Source: Trueperaceae bacterium
GTDB lineage: Bacteria > Deinococcota > Deinococci > Deinococcales > Trueperaceae
Direction of reading: 5' to 3'
NCBI GenBank assembly: GCA_965213925.1
Contig: OZ243927.1
Location: 1,568,001-1,632,000, forward strand
DNA: 64,000 nt
Part shown: positions 19,498 to 30,365 of the stretch, one piece after another
Layout of the letters: every line of letters starts with the position of its first letter
Numbering within the stretch: position 1 is the stretch's first letter
Notes under the pieces: generated by a model
Told to the model about the DNA's origin: nothing
The model's input: only the letters and a program-made list of their open reading frames with translations
Databases searched by the model: none
Program-made: the position numbers and the translations under genes

Positions 19498-20673
19498 CTA
19501 GGCTAGCTCGAGCGCCTCACGCCTGAGCGTCTCCGCCTTGTCAGTGCGCTCCCAGGGAAAGCCACCGCGCCCGAAGTGACCGTATGCGCTCGTCGCTTTG
19601 TAAATAGGTTGCCGCAAGCCGAGTTGCGCGATGATCGCAGCAGGTCTCGCGTCGAACACCCTGCCGAGTAAGTCGCTCAACACCTCATCGGCTAGCGTTG
19701 ACGTGCCGAACGTGTCTACATAGATGCCTACGGGTTGCGCCACGCCGATCGCGTAAGCGAGTTGCACCTGTGCCCGCTTCGCCAAACCTGCCGCGACAAT
19801 GTTTTTCGCCATGTAACGCGCGTAGTAAGAGGCGCTCCTGTCGACCTTCGTCGGGTCTTTGCCGCTGAACGCGCCCCCGCCGTGCGGCGCTGCGCCGCCA
19901 TACGTATCCACGATGATCTTGCGCCCGGTGAGCCCTGCGTCCCCTTCTGGGCCGCCGATGACGAAGCGCCCCGTCGGGTTGATATAAAAGACTGTATCTT
20001 CGTCTAAATACTCCTCTGGAATCGCCGCATGGACGACCTCTTGCTCGATGTCGCGCTGAAGCCTCTTCTCTGACACGTCGGGGTTGTGTTGCGCGCTCAC
20101 CACGACAGCCGTAACCTTGACGGGCGTGTCGCCGTCGTAAGCCACCGTCACTTGCGCCTTACCGTCGGGTCGCAGGTAAGGTAAGACCTCTTCCTTACGG
20201 CACTCAGCGAGCCTCCTCGTGAGGTTATGTGCGAGCGTAATAGGCAGCGGCATCAGGTCTGGCGTCTCGTCGGTAGCGTAGCCGAACATGAGCCCCTGGT
20301 CACCCGCGCCGATCTGGTCGAACTGTTCACCCGAGGCAGCTTCGCGGGCGCGGCTCACCCCTTGGGCGATGTCGGGTGACTGCTCGGCGATGGCGACCAA
20401 GACGGCGCAGTGATCAGCGTCAATGCCGTAAGCGCTGTCCGTATAGCCAACCTCGCGCACGGTGTCGCGCACAATGCGCTGCAGATCGACGTAGCCCTTA
20501 CAGGAAATCTCGCCCGCGATGAGCGCCAAGCCTTTCGTGAGAATCGTCTCGGCGGCGACCCTGGCACTCGGGTCGAGCGTTAAAATCGCATCCAAAACGC
20601 TGTCGCTGATGCGGTCTGCGAGCTTGTCGGGGTGTCCTTCGGTTACGGATTCTGAAGTGATGAGCCTATACAA
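19498..20673 (-). CDS. metK: S-adenosylmethionine synthetase
   Basis: [37 protein letters not shown] start with RBS AAGGAG. Confidence 0.97.
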   Translation of the reverse strand: MYRLITSESVTEGHPDKLADRISDSVLDAILTLDPSARVAAETILTKGLALIAGEISCKGYVDLQRIVRDTVREVGYTDSAYGIDADHCAVLVAIAEQSPDIAQGVSRAREAASGEQFDQIGAGDQGLMFGYATDETPDLMPLPITLAHNLTRRLAECRKEEVLPYLRPDGKAQVTVAYDGDTPVKVTAVVVSAQHNPDVSEKRLQRDIEQEVVHAAIPEEYLDEDTVFYINPTGRFVIGGPEGDAGLTGRKIIVDTYGGAAPHGGGAFSGKDPTKVDRSASYYARYMAKNIVAAGLAKRAQVQLAYAIGVAQPVGIYVDTFGTSTLADEVLSDLLGRVFDARPAAIIAQLGLRQPIYKATSAYGHFGRGGFPWERTDKAETLRREALELA

Positions 20674-21083
20674 TGTGCTGTCTCCTTCTAAAAGATCAAC
20701 GTCGCGCTTTCGCGCCCCTGAAGAAGTATAGCAAGGGCGAGAGAAGCGCTTGGTTCTTGCTCCCATCATGTAGCAGGTATCAAAGTCTGTTTCTCAAAGC
20801 TACGCCCGACTTCGTGAAGACGTTCGGAGCTGATTTAAGTGAACGAAGCTAAGTCGCGTGGTCCCGCTCCCGCTAGGCGAAGCAACACTCTCACTGTGAA
20901 AACGCCGCCTATCACACACATTTGGAGATGAGGTCCCGTTACAGCAAGCTGTGAAATCTGTGGCACTCTGTCTCAGTATGTTTTGGAAGTGCTAATGGAG
21001 ACGTACCAGCATCTCAAACTCTGATGAGCTGAAGTCCCGTTATATCCGCTAGCGCAGGGCTTGCAAAGTACCTCACAGGGAGT

Positions 21084-21184
21084 AGACCTCTTGCGTCGGG
21101 GAGCAAACGCACGTCCAGAGGGCGCTTTTGCCGAGTGGGGCGAGCGCGAGTAGACGCTCCTAGCAGTACCTTCGCAAGAGGTCT
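21084..21184. ncRNA. Candidate structured RNA (about 100-nt rod-like hairpin), family unknown
   Basis: Perfect 12-bp closing stem AGACCTCTTGCG/CGCAAGAGGTCT with nested stems GGAGC/GCTCC, CGTC/GACG, GCGCT/AGCGC. Confidence 0.35.
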
Positions 21185-21272
21185 GATGAATGACGCTGAC
21201 TCGCCGATACACTTCTCTCAAACGTTCCCGGAACCCTCATAACGTAGTTTTGCGCACCTTATAATTGAGCTT

Positions 21273-21794
21273 ATGTCTACCGCGATAAGTCGCCCTGCGA
21301 GTCGTCCGGTTGTGCGCCATGCGAGACCGAGTGACGCGAGTGCCCTCGTGAATCTGCAAGCCGAAATCTACGCCGAAGGGCGCTGGTTCGTGGGCGACGG
21401 GCCGCCCTCGGCGCAGACCTTAGAGCGCCGCCTCCGCGCCTTCGGTGATGAGATGACCCTCTACCTCGTTGCACTGCCGCCTAGAGGAGAGGTGTGCGCC
21501 TGGCTCGAGCTGCACCGCTTGACCCCCAAACGCCTCCGGCACGTCGCAATGCTCACGCTCGCCGTGTCTGAAAACTGGCGGCAGCGCGGCGTAGCCACGA
21601 AACTTTTAGAAAGTGCCTACCGCTGGACGGAGCAGAACGGCGTTCAGAAAATTCAGCTCAACGTGCGCGCGAATAATAGCGCCGCGCTTGCGCTCTACCG
21701 CGCGCAAGGCTTCGAGCAGGAGGGGTGTGAACGTGCTCAGATTCTCGAGGGCGAGCACTACGAAGACAATCTGCTTATGGCGAAGTTTCTGTGA
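21273..21794 (+). CDS. GNAT family N-acetyltransferase
   Basis: LAVSENWRQRGVATKLL, N..A.ALY...GF; leaderless TATAAT. Confidence 0.9.
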   Translation: MSTAISRPASRPVVRHARPSDASALVNLQAEIYAEGRWFVGDGPPSAQTLERRLRAFGDEMTLYLVALPPRGEVCAWLELHRLTPKRLRHVAMLTLAVSENWRQRGVATKLLESAYRWTEQNGVQKIQLNVRANNSAALALYRAQGFEQEGCERAQILEGEHYEDNLLMAKFL

Positions 21795-21857
21795 TGATGA
21801 GCTGAATAAGCTCGAGGTCAGGACTCCTAATAAAGTGTTTAAGAGGGCATTCAAAGA

Positions 21858-22376
21858 ATGAGCCACACGCTCGGTGAGTGGACTGATCAGCGCGTCGGTC
21901 TGTTCGTTGATACGCAAAATTTGTACTACGCGGCTCGTGATTACTACAGCGCCCACGTGGATTACGAAAAACTGCTGAGCGTGGCGGTTAGGGAGCGGCG
22001 CTTAGGACAAGCGACCGCCTACGTCGTCGAGCGTGAGGGCGAAGCGACCGCGTACGGCTTCGTGACCAAACTCTCCGCGCTCGGCTACCGCGTGCGCCGC
22101 CGCACGGTGCGCGTGCACCGCGACAACGGCGGCAGACCCGTTTTAGAAGGCGACTGGGACATGGGCATCGCCGCCGATATGGTGCAAGCCTGGGACCATT
22201 TGGATGTCATTGCGTTAGCAAGCGGCGACGGCGACTTCGTGCCGATGCTGGAGCTTGCTCAGCGCCGAGGCAAGCGCGTCGAAATCTTGGCGTTTCGGGA
22301 GGCGGCGAGCCAGAGTTTGCTGGATTTGGCGGACGTGTTTCGTAACCTGCCGGAGGTAGCGGATATTTTTGTGTAA
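21858..22376 (+). CDS. NYN-domain (LabA/DUF88) protein
   Basis: FVDTQNL, DWDMGIAAD, LASGDGDFVP, LADVF. Confidence 0.9.
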   Translation: MSHTLGEWTDQRVGLFVDTQNLYYAARDYYSAHVDYEKLLSVAVRERRLGQATAYVVEREGEATAYGFVTKLSALGYRVRRRTVRVHRDNGGRPVLEGDWDMGIAADMVQAWDHLDVIALASGDGDFVPMLELAQRRGKRVEILAFREAASQSLLDLADVFRNLPEVADIFV

Positions 22377-22377
22377 G

Positions 22378-23802
22378 TTAAGCTTGCTCTACTAAGCCTA
22401 ATTTCTCGCTCAACAAACCTCGAACCGTTTCCGGGTTCGCCTTCCCTTTCGTCTCTTTCATGACCTTGCCCAAAAGCGCGTTGATCGCCTTGGGGTTTTC
22501 CGCCACCTGCTCCGCCACGCTCGGATTGGCTGCGATAACCTCGTCCACGATCTGTTCGACCGCGCCGGTATCGGTCATCTGTTTGAGCCCTCTGGCTTCG
22601 ACGATCTCTTCTGGGTCGCCCCCCTGCATCACATCACTCAGGATGTCTTTGGCGGTTTTGCCGGAGATCGTCCCTGTGTCGATAAGCTTGACGAGCGAGA
22701 CGAGGTGCTCAGGCGTCAGCTCTGACGCGCGGATGCTCACGCCCTGCGCGTTGAGCCAGCCCGCCACGTCGCCGTTGAGCCAGTTCGCCAGGGTTTGCGC
22801 CGAGCCGTCATAATGGGTCAGCGCCGCGTCGAAGAACCGCGCCGCCGCCACGTCTAGCGCGATGAGCCTCGAGTCGACCTCCCGCACCCCTAGCGAGAGG
22901 TAGCGCGCCAGCTTCGCCTCGGGCAATTCGGGCGTTTCTCTACGCACTTCGCTCAACCATTCCTGTGAGATAACCATAGGCGGCAAGTCGGGCTCGGGGA
23001 AGTAGCGGTAGTCCGCCTCGCCCTCTTTCGTGCGCATGAGGTATGTTTTCTGCCCGCCCTCGTTCCAGCCCCTCGTGGACTGCACCACGCGCTCGCCGTC
23101 CTCGATAAGCCGGCTCTGCCGCGCGATCTCGAACGCCAGCGCCCGCTGCACGCTCCGGAACGAGTTGAGGTTTTTCACCTCGACTTTGGTGCCGAAGCCC
23201 TCCCCCTCGCGGCGCACCGAAACGTTGACGTCCGCGCGCATCTTGCCCTCTTCGGGATTAGCGTCCGAGACGCCGAGCGCCTGGGCGACGGCGCGGACTT
23301 GACCTAAAAAGTCCCTCGCTTCTTCCGGGTCGCGCAGGTCGGGCTCCGTGACCATCTCGATGAGAGGCGTGCCCGCCCGGTTGAGGTCGACGAGGCTGTA
23401 GTCCGCGTACGCCGGGTGCACCGACTTGCCCGCGTCCTCCTCTAAGTGGCAGCGCGTGATGCCGATGTGCCGCCCGCCGGGGAGGTCGATGTGTCCGCGC
23501 GAGCCGATCGGACGGTCGTACTGGCTGATCTGGTAGTTTTTGGGCGCATCCGGGTAGTAGTAATTCTTGCGGTGAAACTGCGTGTTCTCCGGCACCTCGC
23601 AGCCTAAAGCGAGCGAGAACATGATGGCCTTCTCGACCGCTTCGCGGTTGATGGTCGGCAAGCTTCCGGGAAGACCCAAACAGATGGGGCACGTGTTCGT
23701 ATTGGGCGCTTTGCCTACCGAGTCGTTCGCGCAGCCGCAGAAGAGTTTTGTGCGGGTGCTCAAAGCGAGGTGAACTTCTAAACCGATGACGGGTTCGAAC
23801 AT
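22378..23802 (-). CDS. gatB: Asp/Glu-tRNA amidotransferase subunit B
   Basis: [39 protein letters not shown]. Confidence 0.97.
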   Translation of the reverse strand: MFEPVIGLEVHLALSTRTKLFCGCANDSVGKAPNTNTCPICLGLPGSLPTINREAVEKAIMFSLALGCEVPENTQFHRKNYYYPDAPKNYQISQYDRPIGSRGHIDLPGGRHIGITRCHLEEDAGKSVHPAYADYSLVDLNRAGTPLIEMVTEPDLRDPEEARDFLGQVRAVAQALGVSDANPEEGKMRADVNVSVRREGEGFGTKVEVKNLNSFRSVQRALAFEIARQSRLIEDGERVVQSTRGWNEGGQKTYLMRTKEGEADYRYFPEPDLPPMVISQEWLSEVRRETPELPEAKLARYLSLGVREVDSRLIALDVAAARFFDAALTHYDGSAQTLANWLNGDVAGWLNAQGVSIRASELTPEHLVSLVKLIDTGTISGKTAKDILSDVMQGGDPEEIVEARGLKQMTDTGAVEQIVDEVIAANPSVAEQVAENPKAINALLGKVMKETKGKANPETVRGLLSEKLGLVEQA

Positions 23803-23897
23803 GCTTCAGTTTAGCAGGGTTGTAGCAGGTGTCATCCGGTCGCAACCCCCTTATAACGTGAAAGCAGACTCTTATCGCCAAGGCGAAAGCGTGGTAA

Positions 23898-23987
23898 GTC
23901 AGGCGATCAGCTCGTCAGCATCGTTCATCCAGCTAGACTGAATTTTAGGACAAACGCTTAGCTGATAGGCTGACTTGCTGAACTGCT
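23898..23987. repeat. Short tandem inverted repeat (TCAGC)n...(GCTGA)n
   Basis: tcaggcga tcagctcg tcagc...gctgatag gctgactt gctga, 8-nt period. Confidence 0.5.
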
Positions 23988-24080
23988 CTCGAGGTATCAA
24001 AAGAAAAGCGAGTTTCAAAGGGTGACGATAAAAGCCTGTACCTCTAACAGTAGAGCCCCTAAGCGCGTTACACTGTCCTT

Positions 24081-24509
24081 ATGATCGAAGCTGTGCTCGA
24101 GGACGTAGCCGTCGCCGGTGACGGCAGCCAATTCATCGTGCTCTTAAAGGCGAAGGACGAAGAGGGTAGCGTGGTGCCCATTTGGATCGGGGCGCTAGAG
24201 GCGATGTCGATCGTGGCGGGGCGCTCGCAGGAGTTTCCGCGCCCGATGTCACACGACCTGATGTTGTCGCTGCTCGAGATGATGGGCGCTAAGGTCGCGC
24301 GCATCGAAGTCACCGACATCTCGGAGGGGACCTTTTACGCGCGGCTCGTCGTCGAGAACCGCGGCGTGGAGTTCGACATCGACGCCCGCCCGAGCGACGC
24401 GCTCGCGCTCGCAGTGCGCGTGGACGCGCCCCTTTACATCGCGGAAAAAGTGGTTAAGCAGACCGCCATGACCGACTTCCCGAGCGGTACGGGCGGGGCG
24501 GAGGCTTGA
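24081..24509 (+). CDS. Bifunctional nuclease family protein (DUF151)
   Basis: PIWIG..EA, RPMSHDL, DARPSDALALA; leaderless TACACT. Confidence 0.92.
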   Translation: MIEAVLEDVAVAGDGSQFIVLLKAKDEEGSVVPIWIGALEAMSIVAGRSQEFPRPMSHDLMLSLLEMMGAKVARIEVTDISEGTFYARLVVENRGVEFDIDARPSDALALAVRVDAPLYIAEKVVKQTAMTDFPSGTGGAEA

Positions 24510-24512
24510 GGC

Positions 24513-25706
24513 TTAGGACAGGGCGAGTTGGGTGGCGCGCCCCAGCGCCTCGGTCAAGCTCTCAGGCGCGTCTCCGCTCCCCTGTGCGAATTCGGGCTTG
24601 CCGCCGCCACGCCCACCTACAAGCGGCAGCACCTCTCTGATAAGGTCTGCCACGCTGAGCGCAACCCCGTCACCCCTCGCGAAGAGGAGCTGCGCACGTC
24701 CGTTTTGGGTCGCGCCGAGTAGAGCGATGACGTCCTCTTGCTCCGTCAGAGAGGCGGCAAGAGGTTTGAGCAGCGCGCGCTCATCCGGAGCGAGTTGATG
24801 CGCGACGACGCGCCCGCGCTGACCTCTTTGTGCGCCTGCAAGAAGTTGCTCGCTCAGCAGCGCGGCGAGTTTAGCTTGCAGTTCGCTCACCTCTCGCTTC
24901 GACGCTGCAAGGTCACGTTGCAGCGCGGCGACGCGCTCCGGGACCGCTTCGACCTGTGCGCTAAAGGTGAGCGCTAAGTCGCGGCTTACGGCGTGTTTGA
25001 GGCGGTAATCCTCCACCGCCTCTACACCGCAGACGAAAAAAACTCGCGTCAAGCCGCTCTTAACGCGCTCGGACTTGAGCAGCTTGATGGGTCCCGCCTC
25101 GGCGGTGCGGCGCAGGTGTGTGCCGCCACACGCAGAGACCTCCCAGTCGCCCATGTTCACTAAACGGACGCGGCCAGAAACTTTAGGCGCTCGGCGCAGA
25201 GGGTAGCGCAGAGCCTTCCCCTCGTCCACTTCGAAGGCGCGAATCTCGAGGTTTTGGTACACGACCTCATTCACGAGCCTTTCAGCGTCAAGCTGCGCCG
25301 CCTCATCCGGCTCGCCTGCAAAGTCGACGGTGCAGACCGGACCGTTCAAGCTCACCGACTTCGTTTCGAAAGCCGGGTCGACGCGGACGAACGCCTGCGA
25401 CAAGAGGTGCTGCCCTGTGTGGCGCTGCATATGGCGGTAGCGCCGGTCCCAATCGACCTCGCCGTGAACGCACCTCCCGACCTCGAAGTGACCCCCTTCG
25501 ACGAGGTGGCGCACCTCTTGAGCGTCTTTACTTACATCGACGACGCGCCCTTCGCCTAGCGTGCCCGTGTCGTGCGGTTGTCCGCCCGAGGTGGGGTAGA
25601 AAAGCGACTGGTCGAGGACGACCCACGTACGGTCGTCCTCGCGGATGACCTTCGCGACCTCACCCGCGAAGATTCGTTGGTAGCTGTTTCGCTGCTCGAG
25701 TCTCAC
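24513..25706 (-). CDS. AlaX-type alanyl-tRNA editing protein with DHHA1 domain
   Basis: FYPTSGGQPHD, HTGQH, CGGTH, GGRGGGKPEFAQG. Confidence 0.9.
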   Translation of the reverse strand: MRLEQRNSYQRIFAGEVAKVIREDDRTWVVLDQSLFYPTSGGQPHDTGTLGEGRVVDVSKDAQEVRHLVEGGHFEVGRCVHGEVDWDRRYRHMQRHTGQHLLSQAFVRVDPAFETKSVSLNGPVCTVDFAGEPDEAAQLDAERLVNEVVYQNLEIRAFEVDEGKALRYPLRRAPKVSGRVRLVNMGDWEVSACGGTHLRRTAEAGPIKLLKSERVKSGLTRVFFVCGVEAVEDYRLKHAVSRDLALTFSAQVEAVPERVAALQRDLAASKREVSELQAKLAALLSEQLLAGAQRGQRGRVVAHQLAPDERALLKPLAASLTEQEDVIALLGATQNGRAQLLFARGDGVALSVADLIREVLPLVGGRGGGKPEFAQGSGDAPESLTEALGRATQLALS

Positions 25707-25907
25707 AGCATAGTTTACTCACGCTAAGCGCCGAGGTGTCAACGACACTTGCTTTGTGAGCGAGAACTAATCCCATCATGAAGTGTTGGGGCTCGGGGGC
25801 GTCCGCTATAAAATGTGAAAATTACGACATCTGCGCATCTAAACTTTGCTACCCTGCATAGTACAAAGTGTCGCGATCTATTCGCCCTTCTACACTCCAG
25901 GAGCAAC

Positions 25908-26510
25908 ATGGCAACGATTCTTATCGACACACCTAACTCGTTTATGCGCGAGGCGCTCGAGTCTCACCTCACCGCGGCGGGCTTTCGCACCTCAACCGAC
26001 ACGGAGCATGAAATCGACCTCGTGCTCCGCGACCTCCAAGCGGACGTCTCCCCCTACCCGACGCCGCCCCCTTACCCGACGTTAGCCTTCGTTTCGGGGG
26101 GCGACAAAGAGGTCATCCACCTGCTCTATCTGGGCTATAAGGGGTACCTGCGCCCGGAAGACAGAGAAAAGGTTGTCCCTGCGATCCAGGCGGTTTTGCG
26201 CGGCGAGATTTGGGGCGAGAGGCACCTCATCTCCAGAGCCTTGGAGAAACACACCGCGCCCCAGCTCACGCCCCGCGAGCATCAGGTCCACTACCTCATC
26301 GTGCGCAGGCTTTCCAACCGCGATATCGGCAAGCAACTGGGTATTACCGAAAAGACGGTTAAGGGCTACGTGACGAACCTGCTCAGCAAGCTAGGAGCCG
26401 AAGACCGCACCGAACTCATCCTCAACGCGCAGAAATTGCCAGGGCAACTTCCGCGACAACCCTCGCAAGAGAGGTCTCAAGACCATCGTCTTAACCTGAG
26501 CACCGACTAG
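25908..26510 (+). CDS. LuxR/NarL-type response regulator (divergent receiver)
   Basis: LTPRE...LSNRDIG.QLGITEKTVK.YVTNLLSKL HTH; RBS AGGAG. Confidence 0.85.
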   Translation: MATILIDTPNSFMREALESHLTAAGFRTSTDTEHEIDLVLRDLQADVSPYPTPPPYPTLAFVSGGDKEVIHLLYLGYKGYLRPEDREKVVPAIQAVLRGEIWGERHLISRALEKHTAPQLTPREHQVHYLIVRRLSNRDIGKQLGITEKTVKGYVTNLLSKLGAEDRTELILNAQKLPGQLPRQPSQERSQDHRLNLSTD

Positions 26511-26562
26511 AGGTGCTACCCAGTCTTACACCCCCGCAACGTTCGCACCTTTTATTCACGAG

Positions 26563-27006
26563 GTGCAGGCTCGAGGCTATCAATTTTCCCCACTCGAAGA
26601 ACTGCGCGGCGCGTGGCAACTGGAACAGAAGCTATACCAACTCGTCAGAGAAGGTGTACTCAATTCACCCCAAAGCGACGGGAACTTTGAGTCCTTTGAT
26701 AGATTTTGCGACAATCTACTTCACCCGTGCTACTTAGATGTCGGTAACAGCTTCGTCATCGCGACTTACGCCGGAGCGTGGGTCGGGCTTGCGGGCTTTA
26801 CGCTTAGTCAAGAAACGCGGATGGCGAAAAGCGGCTTAACCGTCGTTCAAAAAGCGCATCAAGGTCGGGGGGTCGCCAAAGCGCTTAAAGCCGTCATTCT
26901 CGCTCAGGCTCTGGAGCTAGGGGCGAAAGCGGTTACGACGGAAAACCATGTAGCGAACACACCCATGCTTGCGATCAACCGCTCGTTAGGTTTTGGGTCA
27001 GTCTGA
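26563..27006 (+). CDS. GNAT acetyltransferase, probably the N-terminally truncated half of a tandem GNAT
   Basis: [17 protein letters not shown]...TENH..N.PML.IN..LGF; in-frame stop at 26497 and no clear RBS. Confidence 0.6.
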   Translation: MQARGYQFSPLEELRGAWQLEQKLYQLVREGVLNSPQSDGNFESFDRFCDNLLHPCYLDVGNSFVIATYAGAWVGLAGFTLSQETRMAKSGLTVVQKAHQGRGVAKALKAVILAQALELGAKAVTTENHVANTPMLAINRSLGFGSV

Positions 27007-27074
27007 ACGCGAGGGTCCTCACGACGCGCGTAGCGACACCCAAGCACCGCCACTCACTTGTTACACTCTTTTCT

Positions 27075-28373
27075 ATGAACGTCTCCATTAGTCAATTCAA
27101 ACACCACATCGGCGAGAGCGTCACCCTCTCGGGCTGGCTCACGAACTCGCGTAGCAGCGGCAAAATCGCCTTTTTACAACTCCGGGACGGCTCGGGCTTC
27201 GTGCAGGGCGTCGTCGTCAAAGCGGAGGTCTCGGAAGAGGTCTTCGCGCGGGCCAAGGGTCTCGTGCAGGAGCAGAGCGTCGAAGTGACGGGCGAGGTTC
27301 GCGAGGATGCCCGCTCGCCTCTAGGCGTCGAACTTGGCGTCACCGACCTCAAAATCACCACTCAACAGGGCGACGAGTACCCGATCACGCCCAAAGAGCA
27401 CGGCGTCGAATTTCTGATGGACCGCCGCCACCTCTACTTGCGGCATAAACGTCCTTGGGCAATTTTGCGTGTGAGGGACGAACTCGAGCGTGCCGTCCAC
27501 GACTTTTACTCAGAGCGTGATTTCGTCCGCTTCGACACGCCCTTTTTCATGCCCACTGCCGTCGAAGGCACCACCAACCTCTTTGAAATCGACCTCTTCG
27601 GCGAGGACAAAGCCTACCTCTCGCAGTCGGGGCAGCTCTATGCGGAGGCGGGCGCGCTGGCGCTGGGCAAGGTCTACACGTTTGGACCGACCTTTCGCGC
27701 CGAAAAGTCTAAAACGAGAAAGCACCTCTTGGAGTTTTGGATGATCGAGCCCGAAGTGGCGTACTTGGAGCACGAGGGCAACATGGCGCTGCAAGAGGAT
27801 TTCGTCTCCTACCTCGTCGGTCGCGTGCTGGAAAATCGCAAGGCGGAACTCGACATGTTGGAGCGCGAAACGACGGTTTTAGAGGCGACAGCGAACGGCG
27901 AATTCCCACGAATCACGTACGACGAAGCCTTGCAGATATTGGCGGATAAAGGAGAGACGCTCTCCTGGGGTGAAGACTTCGGCGCGCCGCACGAGACCAT
28001 CTTAGGCGACGCCTTTGACCGCCCCGTCTTCGTGCATTCGTGGCCCACTCAGACTAAAGCCTTCTACATGGAACCTCTGGAGGGCGACCCCACCCGCGTC
28101 AAATGCGACGACCTCATCGCGCCCGAGGGCTACGGCGAACTCATCGGCGGCTCCGAGCGCATCCACGACTACGACCTCTTGAAGCAGAGGATCGAGGAGC
28201 ATGGTCTTCCTTTGGAGGCGTTTGAATGGTATCTGGACCTGCGCAAGTACGGCAGCGTGCCGCATTCGGGTTTTGGGATGGGGTTGGAGCGCACCTTGGC
28301 GTGGATTACGGGTGTAAGCCACCTGCGAGAGGTGATTCCTTTTCCGAGGATGTTGACGCGGATGTATCCATGA
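27075..28373 (+). CDS. asnS: Asparagine--tRNA ligase
   Basis: [38 protein letters not shown]; leaderless TACACT. Confidence 0.96.
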   Translation: MNVSISQFKHHIGESVTLSGWLTNSRSSGKIAFLQLRDGSGFVQGVVVKAEVSEEVFARAKGLVQEQSVEVTGEVREDARSPLGVELGVTDLKITTQQGDEYPITPKEHGVEFLMDRRHLYLRHKRPWAILRVRDELERAVHDFYSERDFVRFDTPFFMPTAVEGTTNLFEIDLFGEDKAYLSQSGQLYAEAGALALGKVYTFGPTFRAEKSKTRKHLLEFWMIEPEVAYLEHEGNMALQEDFVSYLVGRVLENRKAELDMLERETTVLEATANGEFPRITYDEALQILADKGETLSWGEDFGAPHETILGDAFDRPVFVHSWPTQTKAFYMEPLEGDPTRVKCDDLIAPEGYGELIGGSERIHDYDLLKQRIEEHGLPLEAFEWYLDLRKYGSVPHSGFGMGLERTLAWITGVSHLREVIPFPRMLTRMYP

Positions 28374-28580
28374 CAGTAGGTATCATCTACATGACAACGC
28401 GCTCACCGTAACAAGCACCGTCCAGGCTCGCACATTATGAAGATGATGCCTGCGTGATACAACCTCACTAAAGAAAAGACTATCAGTAGGTATCATTTAC
28501 ATGACAACGCGCTCACCCTAGAAAACGTTTCTTAACGCGCACATTACGAAGCTACCCTTCGCATAGCGAAAACTTCGTAA
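28374..28580. repeat. Two-copy direct repeat (34 bp, 110-bp period) with a REP-like hairpin
   Basis: CAGTAGGTATCAT(C/T)TACATGACAACGCGCTCACC at 28374 and 28484, each followed by CGCACATTA(T/C)GAAG. Confidence 0.8.
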
Positions 28581-28612
28581 GCGTGAAACAGCCTCACCGA
28601 CAGCATCTCCCC

Positions 28613-29128
28613 TTACTCGAGCCTACTCTCCACCGCTAGATGCTCCAAGAAGACCGGGCGGCTCTGCCCGTTGGTGAGAACGACGACCTCGAAAAGCCCC
28701 TGCTGCGCCAGCGTCCTTTCGACCGAGGTCAAGAGCTGCCGCTCTTGCTGCACCGAGAGGTCGGTTGGACCCTCCAGCGGAAAGTCCAAAACCGCCCTCT
28801 CGCCCAGCCGAAACACCGTGGGCACGCCCAACGCCTCGGGCCAGATCGCTTCTAACCAGGTGCGGAGCGCGGCGAGCGTCGCCTCTAGTACGGCGCTCGG
28901 CGTCTCTGGCGTCTGCACGTTCACGGTGCGCGTCTCTTGCGTCGCCGCATTGACGAGCGTAACTGCGCGCTCGACCTGTGTAGTGGGCTCGGTCTGTACC
29001 GCCCCCCGAGGCGGAGGCGCTTGACCCGGAACGCGGAAGAAGGCGTAGAGCCCGAGGAAAAAGATCAGTGCACCCAAGAGGGTCGGCAAGGTAGCGCGGG
29101 GCGTAAAAACCCTCGAGATAAGGCGCAC
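28613..29128 (-). CDS. GerMN-domain membrane protein
   Basis: N-terminal TM; AVLDF...E..LL.SVERTL...VVVLTNG pattern. Confidence 0.7.
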   Translation of the reverse strand: MRLISRVFTPRATLPTLLGALIFFLGLYAFFRVPGQAPPPRGAVQTEPTTQVERAVTLVNAATQETRTVNVQTPETPSAVLEATLAALRTWLEAIWPEALGVPTVFRLGERAVLDFPLEGPTDLSVQQERQLLTSVERTLAQQGLFEVVVLTNGQSRPVFLEHLAVESRLE

Positions 29129-29132
29129 CGTA

Positions 29133-30362
29133 TTAGGGGTCTAGCAGCCCGACGAGCGCGTCCGCGAGCGGGCTCACGAGCGCGTCCGAGGCGAGGTCGT
29201 CGGGGTTTAGCTCGAGCAGCACCCCCCGCCCCGCCGCGCCCGCAAGCAGATAGAGCGGCGCGCCCTCGACGCTGAGCGCCTGCCAACCTTCCGCTTCTAA
29301 GCGCGCGCTGAGACGCTGAGCGTAGCGTTCACCCTGAGTTAAATCGGGGACGAGGCGGCTCAAGGTGCGCTGCGGCGGCGTGAGGCTCGTCGGGTCGTCC
29401 GCGCTGAAGTCGGCTTCAGCCGCGTTCTGGCGGATGGCGGCATCTAAGCTAGCGACGTCGCCCTCGAGATAGTAAACCCCGAACTGACCTGAGCTGAGGG
29501 GCGCGGGCTCGAGCGAGACGAAGAGCGGTGCGCCGATGCCCGCCGCCATGCGCGCTGCTAGGTCCCCTTGCGCGAGCTGCACCCGCACGCCGCGCGCTTC
29601 TAGGGCGCGGCGCAGCGGCTCTGCGGCGTCGCCTGCGTCCAGCACGATAACAGGGGGCGGGCTCGTCTCCTGCGCCGCCTCGACCTCTTCCTCCGAAAAG
29701 ATGTCCACGACGACCTCGGTGCCTGCCCCTTTGGGCACCGCGTACATCTCATACGTGCTGTCTCGCCCTAACGTCAGCATAAAGTCGGTGTAGTCCGAGC
29801 CCGGCAGGAGCACCGCGTCGGAAAAACGCTGACCGCTAAAGTTCTGCTTCTGCGCTAGGTCGGTCCGCGCGAAGCGGAAGCGCACGGTGTCGAGTGAGGG
29901 CTCGTAGCGTTCGTCAATGGCGACGGGCGCGCTGAAGCGCAGCACGAAGCGCTCATAGCTGCCCCACAGGTCGGGCGGCTGCACGCTGCGCAGCCGCGCC
30001 CTCGGAAAGACCACCACCACGGTCTTCGCATCGGTGAGGTAGTCCACCTCGCCGCCGAGCCGCCGCGCGACCTCTTTAACGGGTACGTAGGGCGTCCCCT
30101 CGTGAAGCTGTGCGTCGCCCGCCTCGCCGCGCACCTGTAAGGTGACGAAGCGTCCCGCCAGCTCGAAACCGAGCGCGTCGCCGCTGTAGCGGTACGTCGC
30201 TCCCATCGCCCGCGCGAAGGGCTCAGCGGCGGCGTAGGCCGTGCCGGGCTCGAGCGTATTCGTAAACGCAGCGATGTCAACGCCGTTGACGATGAGCCTT
30301 TGCGCCGAGCCCAACATGAAGAGGTTGAGCGCGAGTAAGACGAGAAGAGGACGCCTCATCAC
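29133..30362 (-). CDS. Amidase_3-like protein with degenerate active site
   Basis: Signal peptide, stalk/AMIN-like regions, VIVLDAG(D), LFVSL(E), VLLEL; the Zn-binding His residues are missing. Confidence 0.7.
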   Translation of the reverse strand: MMRRPLLVLLALNLFMLGSAQRLIVNGVDIAAFTNTLEPGTAYAAAEPFARAMGATYRYSGDALGFELAGRFVTLQVRGEAGDAQLHEGTPYVPVKEVARRLGGEVDYLTDAKTVVVVFPRARLRSVQPPDLWGSYERFVLRFSAPVAIDERYEPSLDTVRFRFARTDLAQKQNFSGQRFSDAVLLPGSDYTDFMLTLGRDSTYEMYAVPKGAGTEVVVDIFSEEEVEAAQETSPPPVIVLDAGDAAEPLRRALEARGVRVQLAQGDLAARMAAGIGAPLFVSLEPAPLSSGQFGVYYLEGDVASLDAAIRQNAAEADFSADDPTSLTPPQRTLSRLVPDLTQGERYAQRLSARLEAEGWQALSVEGAPLYLLAGAAGRGVLLELNPDDLASDALVSPLADALVGLLDP

Positions 30363-30365
30363 CTG

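Noticed and set aside
21021..21190. Hammerhead ribozyme (two CTGATGA)
   Set aside because: No stem II followed by GAAA after either motif
20674..21270. SAM riboswitch upstream of metK
   Set aside because: No SAM-I core (ATC.AGAG...GCAACC...GTGC...GAT) found in the correct order on the minus strand
22378..28373. gatB and asnS together as an anomaly
   Set aside because: Coexistence of direct and transamidation routes is established in Deinococcus-Thermus
28374..28517. Mini CRISPR array
   Set aside because: Only two repeats, a 76-bp spacer containing a conserved block, and no cas genes
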